DNA of 64,000 bases from a virus, in IMG/VR virus record IMGVR_UViG_3300043411_002463, positions 1-64,000 of that record. One strand, 5' to 3'. Position 1 is the stretch's first letter; every line of letters starts with the position of its first letter. Made by a program: the position numbers and the translations under genes. Positions 59,932 to 64,000 of this stretch are shown here, one piece after another. The notes beneath the pieces are model-generated. The model saw nothing but the letters and a program-made list of their open reading frames with translations. It had not been told where the DNA came from and made no database searches.

Positions 59932-60527
59932 TAAAATATAAATTTGAACAAGAAGACTTAGATAAATGTAAGAAATTTTCTGAAGAGGTAGATACTTCTT
60001 TTTATGCTACTAGAAACCAATTTAACTCTGAAAAACGAGTAAAAGATTCGTATATTGGTAAGCTTGGTGAAATTGCTGTATATCAAATATTAAAAAATCA
60101 AATAAAAGATATAACAGAGCCTGATTTTAAGATATATAAAGCAAAAGAAAAATCATGGGATTTTGATTTGAAGGGTGAAGGAATGAATCTTCATATCAAA
60201 ACTCAAGATCTTAAAGTTGGCGAAAAATATGGAGTTTCTTGGATTTTTCAATTTGGCGATGGTAAATCTAGGTCATATGATAAAGAAATATTTGATAGAA
60301 TATCACCAAGCCAATATGTTGCATTTGTTTCTTTAGATTTGGTTGAATCAGAAGCAACAGTAAGAGCAATGGTAAGTTTAGATTTCTTACATGAAAAGAA
60401 AATTTGGGCAGCGCCAAAACTAGATAAATTAAAAATAGCAAATAAAGTAGCTGTTTACTTAAAAGATCTGGAAAAATATCCAGAAGAGTTAGACGCACTT
60501 AAAATACAACAAAATGAGCAGGAGTAA
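59928..60527 (+). CDS. Hypothetical protein, possible PD-(D/E)xK nuclease fold
   Basis: GKLGEIAV..PDF..WDFDL..LHIKT spacing resembles a restriction-endonuclease-like core. Confidence 0.4.
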   Translation: MIKYKFEQEDLDKCKKFSEEVDTSFYATRNQFNSEKRVKDSYIGKLGEIAVYQILKNQIKDITEPDFKIYKAKEKSWDFDLKGEGMNLHIKTQDLKVGEKYGVSWIFQFGDGKSRSYDKEIFDRISPSQYVAFVSLDLVESEATVRAMVSLDFLHEKKIWAAPKLDKLKIANKVAVYLKDLEKYPEELDALKIQQNEQE

Positions 60528-60532
60528 AATCA

Positions 60533-61819
60533 ATGACTGAAATCGTTAATGATTTAGACAATTTACCACCAGATGAGCTGGAATTACTGAAACAGAAACT
60601 AGGAAAAAAGATGCCTGTAACAATCGTAGAAACCCGCAAAAGAAGCATGAATTTTGGAATCGTTGGCACTGGTCAAGCAGGCTCAAGAGTCGCTGAAAAG
60701 TTCCATGAATTAGGTTATGAGACGGTTGTATTTAACACAGCTCAACAAGACCTTGCTCATATCAAACTACCAGAAGAAAGAAAATTATTACTTCAATATG
60801 GTTTGGGTGGAGCTGCTAAAGAATTAGACATCGGTAGAGAAGCTGCAGAATCACACAGAAATGAAATAAATGATTTGATTACCAAACATCTAGAAGACTC
60901 TCATGTTAATATCTTATGTTTATCATTGGGTGGTGGTTCTGGCGCCGGCTCTGTAGATACTATGATAGAGGTCTTACAGGCGCAAGGCAAGCCCATTGTA
61001 GTTATTGCCGTCCTACCAATGGATTCAGATGACGGTCAAACTAAGTCGAACTCATTAGAAACGCTAGCAAAGATTGCAAAACATATCCAAGATAGAAGAG
61101 TACAATCTATTATTGTAGTGGATAATGCAAAAATCGAATCAATTTATTCAGAAGTTAGTCAATTAAAGTTTTTTGAATTAGCAAACGAAGTTATCGTTGA
61201 ACCAATCGATAAATTCAATACCTTGAGCGCAGAAGATTCACCTGTTAAGGCTTTAGATAGCACTGAGTGGGCAAAGCTATTGATTGATGGCGAAGGCTTA
61301 ACTATTTTCGGCAGTCTTGTAGTTACTAACTATGAAGATGAAACTTCTATTGCCGAAGCTGTATTAAACAATCTTTCTAACAATTTATTGGCTGAAGGTT
61401 TTGATTTAACCCAAGCTAAATATGCTGGTTGGATTGTAGCAGCTAATGAAAAAGTTTTAGAAAAAATACCACAACGTGCTTTAACTTTTGCTAATTCGTT
61501 AGTTCAAGAAAAAGTTCCAGGAACAAAAACAGTTTTCCGTGGAGTTTATGTAACAAACGATGTAGATGATGATGTTAAGGTATATTCTTGCTTTAGCGGG
61601 CTTGGATTACCAACAAGCAGATTAGATGCTCTTAAGAAAGAAGTAGCATCTTCTTTTGCACAAGCCAAGTCAAAAGATGAAACTAGAAACTTATCTTTAC
61701 ATTTGGATACTGGCAAAAATTCTACAGTATCAGAAGCACAAAAAGTTAAAGATAAAATCGTTGCAAAAAACTCTTCTTTTGGTAAGTTTATGGGAAGGGT
61801 TACCGATAAAAGAAAATGA
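60533..61819 (+). CDS. Tubulin/FtsZ-family GTPase (PhuZ/TubZ-like)
   Basis: GIVGTGQAGSRVA, FNTAQQDL, GAAKE..GREAA, signature LGGGSGAG, VVDN, LDSTE, FSGLGLP. Confidence 0.9.
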   Translation: MTEIVNDLDNLPPDELELLKQKLGKKMPVTIVETRKRSMNFGIVGTGQAGSRVAEKFHELGYETVVFNTAQQDLAHIKLPEERKLLLQYGLGGAAKELDIGREAAESHRNEINDLITKHLEDSHVNILCLSLGGGSGAGSVDTMIEVLQAQGKPIVVIAVLPMDSDDGQTKSNSLETLAKIAKHIQDRRVQSIIVVDNAKIESIYSEVSQLKFFELANEVIVEPIDKFNTLSAEDSPVKALDSTEWAKLLIDGEGLTIFGSLVVTNYEDETSIAEAVLNNLSNNLLAEGFDLTQAKYAGWIVAANEKVLEKIPQRALTFANSLVQEKVPGTKTVFRGVYVTNDVDDDVKVYSCFSGLGLPTSRLDALKKEVASSFAQAKSKDETRNLSLHLDTGKNSTVSEAQKVKDKIVAKNSSFGKFMGRVTDKRK

Positions 61820-63270
61820 ATAAAATTACAATCTTAGATCATAAGGTTGCAAAAGTTGAGTTAGATGATCCTATAATGTTCGATCGTCTAACTCATTTTC
61901 TGTCTTTTAGATTTACTGGAGTTGAATATAGTTCAGCTTTCAAATCTGGTAATTGGGATGGAATAACCTACATGATAAATGCAAAAAAACAATTTCCTAT
62001 AGGTTTATTATCTAAAGTCAAGGATTGGCTTGCTCAAAACAACATCCAATATCATTTAATAGATGATTCTAAAGAAATTGAATTATACAAACCATTGGAT
62101 ATTTCTAAAGGTTTGGCTGCAGTTGGTTGGACTCCTAGAGACTATCAATTAAAAGTAGTAGAATTATGTAATCAAAACAATTTGGGAATTATTAGAGCTG
62201 CTACAGGTTCTGGTAAAACTTTAATTGGAGCGTTAATGACAGCTAACTTTAACAAGCCAACAATGGTTTATGTTATTGGTTTAGATTTGTTAAATCAATT
62301 TCATGAAACATTTTCTGCTTTGTTTGAAGAGAAAATAGGATACATAGGTAATGGTGTTTGTGACATTCAGAGAATAAACATTGCTTCTATTTGGACTATT
62401 GGTCGTGCCCTGGACATTAAGCTAAGTGATTTGGTTGTGGATGATGAAATTGACGAAGAGGCTTTTAAAGAGTCTGACAAATATAAGGTTATTACTGCAT
62501 TAAAAGAAGCAAAGCTTCATATCTTAGATGAATGTCATATTGCAACTACTTCTACTCTAAGAAGTATACACAAGGCTATTAATCCAGAACATATGTTTGG
62601 TCTTAGTGGAACACCTTTTAGAGAGGATAATACAGATCTTCTTATAGAGGGTTTGCTTGGTCCTAAAATGATAGATATTGCAGCGTCAGAACTTATAAAA
62701 AAGAAAGTTTTAGTGCAGCCTTATATTAAATTCATTGAATCACCACATATGAAATGCACTGGAAAGTATCCAACAATATATAAAGATTTTATAGTAGAAC
62801 ATAAAGCTAGAAATGAATTAATTGCACAAGAAACTAAAAAACTTATTGATAAAAACTATAAGCCACTTGTCTTATTTAAAACAATAAGGCATGGTGATTT
62901 AATTGCTAAAGAATTACAAGCTTTAAATATTAGATTCGCCTTGTTATCAGGAAAGGATTCTTTAGATAAAAGAATAGAAGTTAAGAATAAACTAAATAAT
63001 AATGAAATAGATTGTATTTTAGCTTCTACTATATTAGATATTGGTTTTGATTTGCCTAAAATGTCAGGACTAATTTTGAGTGGTTCAGGAAAATCTTACG
63101 TTCGGGCTTTACAAAGAATCGGAAGAGTATTACGGACTTACCCAGACAAGAAAGCCGCAGCTATTGTTGATTTCTATGACAATGTTAAATTCTTGAAAAA
63201 ACATTCAAAAGCAAGATTTGATATTTATTCATCTGAACCTGGCTTCATTATATTAAACAATCCTTTTTAA
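61816..63270 (+). CDS. Superfamily 2 helicase, UvsW/Rad25-like
   Basis: PRDYQ, ATGSGKT, DECH, GLSGTP, GFDLP, LQRIGRVLR, IVDFYD. Confidence 0.9.
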   Translation: MNKITILDHKVAKVELDDPIMFDRLTHFLSFRFTGVEYSSAFKSGNWDGITYMINAKKQFPIGLLSKVKDWLAQNNIQYHLIDDSKEIELYKPLDISKGLAAVGWTPRDYQLKVVELCNQNNLGIIRAATGSGKTLIGALMTANFNKPTMVYVIGLDLLNQFHETFSALFEEKIGYIGNGVCDIQRINIASIWTIGRALDIKLSDLVVDDEIDEEAFKESDKYKVITALKEAKLHILDECHIATTSTLRSIHKAINPEHMFGLSGTPFREDNTDLLIEGLLGPKMIDIAASELIKKKVLVQPYIKFIESPHMKCTGKYPTIYKDFIVEHKARNELIAQETKKLIDKNYKPLVLFKTIRHGDLIAKELQALNIRFALLSGKDSLDKRIEVKNKLNNNEIDCILASTILDIGFDLPKMSGLILSGSGKSYVRALQRIGRVLRTYPDKKAAAIVDFYDNVKFLKKHSKARFDIYSSEPGFIILNNPF

Positions 63271-63279
63271 AGAGGCAAC

Positions 63280-63855
63280 ATGGAAAGAAAAGCACCGAAT
63301 AAAAGATGGGAAACTTTCTTTACAAAACTGGAATTACATTCTTCCAAAGAAGTAGAATCATGGAATGATTATCAATTATTAGGGTATTTTTGTGATGTGT
63401 TTTATCAATATACAGGGCATTTATTTCCATTTACATTCACTACTGCTCCAGGTAAATGTAAAGAGTTATTTTTTATTAAAAGTCTAAAGGCAATGTTAAA
63501 TACAGAGTCTCCATTTCCAGTCAAGGAATATATAGATTGGATTTTTAAAGAGAAAATAATTCCACAAAAAACGCAAATAAGATCATTTGCATTGTTAAAT
63601 CATAACTCTAATATTAATGAGTTTTTGTCAAAGAAAAAAGCAAGCAAAGCTGTCACAAAAAACACCAACATACCAAATGAATATATTTCAGTAATTGAAT
63701 CATATAATTTATCAGCTTCTACTTATGGCGACTTGGCATTTATACTTAGAGCTATTGAGCAAGATCCAGAAGATCCAACTAGACAAGAATATGCTAAGAT
63801 GTTTAAAGTATTAGAAGTGATGGGTTTAAGTAAAGAAAAAATTAAAGAATTGTAA
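63280..63855 (+). CDS. Hypothetical protein
   Basis: 191-aa ORF with a GAGG SD; no confident motif. Confidence 0.75.
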   Translation: MERKAPNKRWETFFTKLELHSSKEVESWNDYQLLGYFCDVFYQYTGHLFPFTFTTAPGKCKELFFIKSLKAMLNTESPFPVKEYIDWIFKEKIIPQKTQIRSFALLNHNSNINEFLSKKKASKAVTKNTNIPNEYISVIESYNLSASTYGDLAFILRAIEQDPEDPTRQEYAKMFKVLEVMGLSKEKIKEL

Positions 63856-63856
63856 T

Positions 63857-64000
63857 ATGGAAAAGGTCAAATTCTTTTTAGTTAATGGGTTTAATGTTGA
63901 AGGATATGTAGAACATTATTCTGATGAAGAAGTTGTTATTTCTAATGGAAAAAATAGTGGAAATATTGTAATTCTAAATCCTGCCAAAAATATTGTTTTT
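63857..64000 (+). CDS. Truncated gene start, Sm/Hfq-like N-terminus
   Basis: Open from ATG 63857 to the window end: MEKVKFFLVNGFNVEGYVEHYSDEEVVISNGKNSGNIVILNPAKNIVF. Not in the ORF track. Confidence 0.5.
   Translation, partial: MEKVKFFLVNGFNVEGYVEHYSDEEVVISNGKNSGNIVILNPAKNIVF

Noticed and set aside
826-60498. Short minus-strand and nested alternative-frame ORFs in the track (e.g. 9931-10323, 16225-16728, 17072-17494, 37358-37690)
   Set aside because: They lie within or opposite long + strand genes, have shadow-like composition and show no motifs or RBS.
1-64000. CRISPR array, tRNA/rRNA, integrase/transposase, reverse transcriptase/DGR, intein or intron
   Set aside because: I saw no repeat-spacer pattern or corresponding motifs by eye, and intergenic gaps are too small except 2627-2917, which shows no cloverleaf.
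1-64000. Active stop-codon reassignment
   Set aside because: Genes up to 2203 aa are intact under the standard code and tile the window without fragmentation.

Overview
This strongly AT-rich window is almost entirely coding on the + strand (41 complete genes plus one truncated at the right edge) and reads as part of a large (jumbo-type) myovirus genome. Positions 1-44 kb hold a contractile-tail virion module: a multi-domain neck protein, a protein kinase, two large beta-helix fibre/spike proteins, a small membrane protein, tail terminator, sheath, tube, tail-assembly chaperone with a -1 frameshift extension missing from the ORF track, tape measure, hub/spike, gp25-like and baseplate-J wedge proteins, a 2203-aa LamG-like protein and a dockerin-containing protein. 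Positions 44-60 kb hold a tightly coupled glycan cluster: about 10 glycosyltransferase(-like) genes, a sugar N-acetyltransferase, a perosamine-synthase-like aminotransferase, Gmd and an RmlB-like dehydratase. Positions 60-64 kb encode a tubulin/FtsZ-family GTPase, a UvsW-like helicase and an Sm/Hfq-like gene start. The most striking unexplained signal is the tripeptide Asp-Gly-Tyr (DGY). By hand count it occurs 25 times in 8 virion proteins, with varied codons and sometimes in tandem, and never in the 22 downstream non-virion proteins. It may be the recognition sequon of a phage-encoded virion modification system (glycosylation or phosphorylation). All product calls come from motif recognition by eye; no database searches were run.
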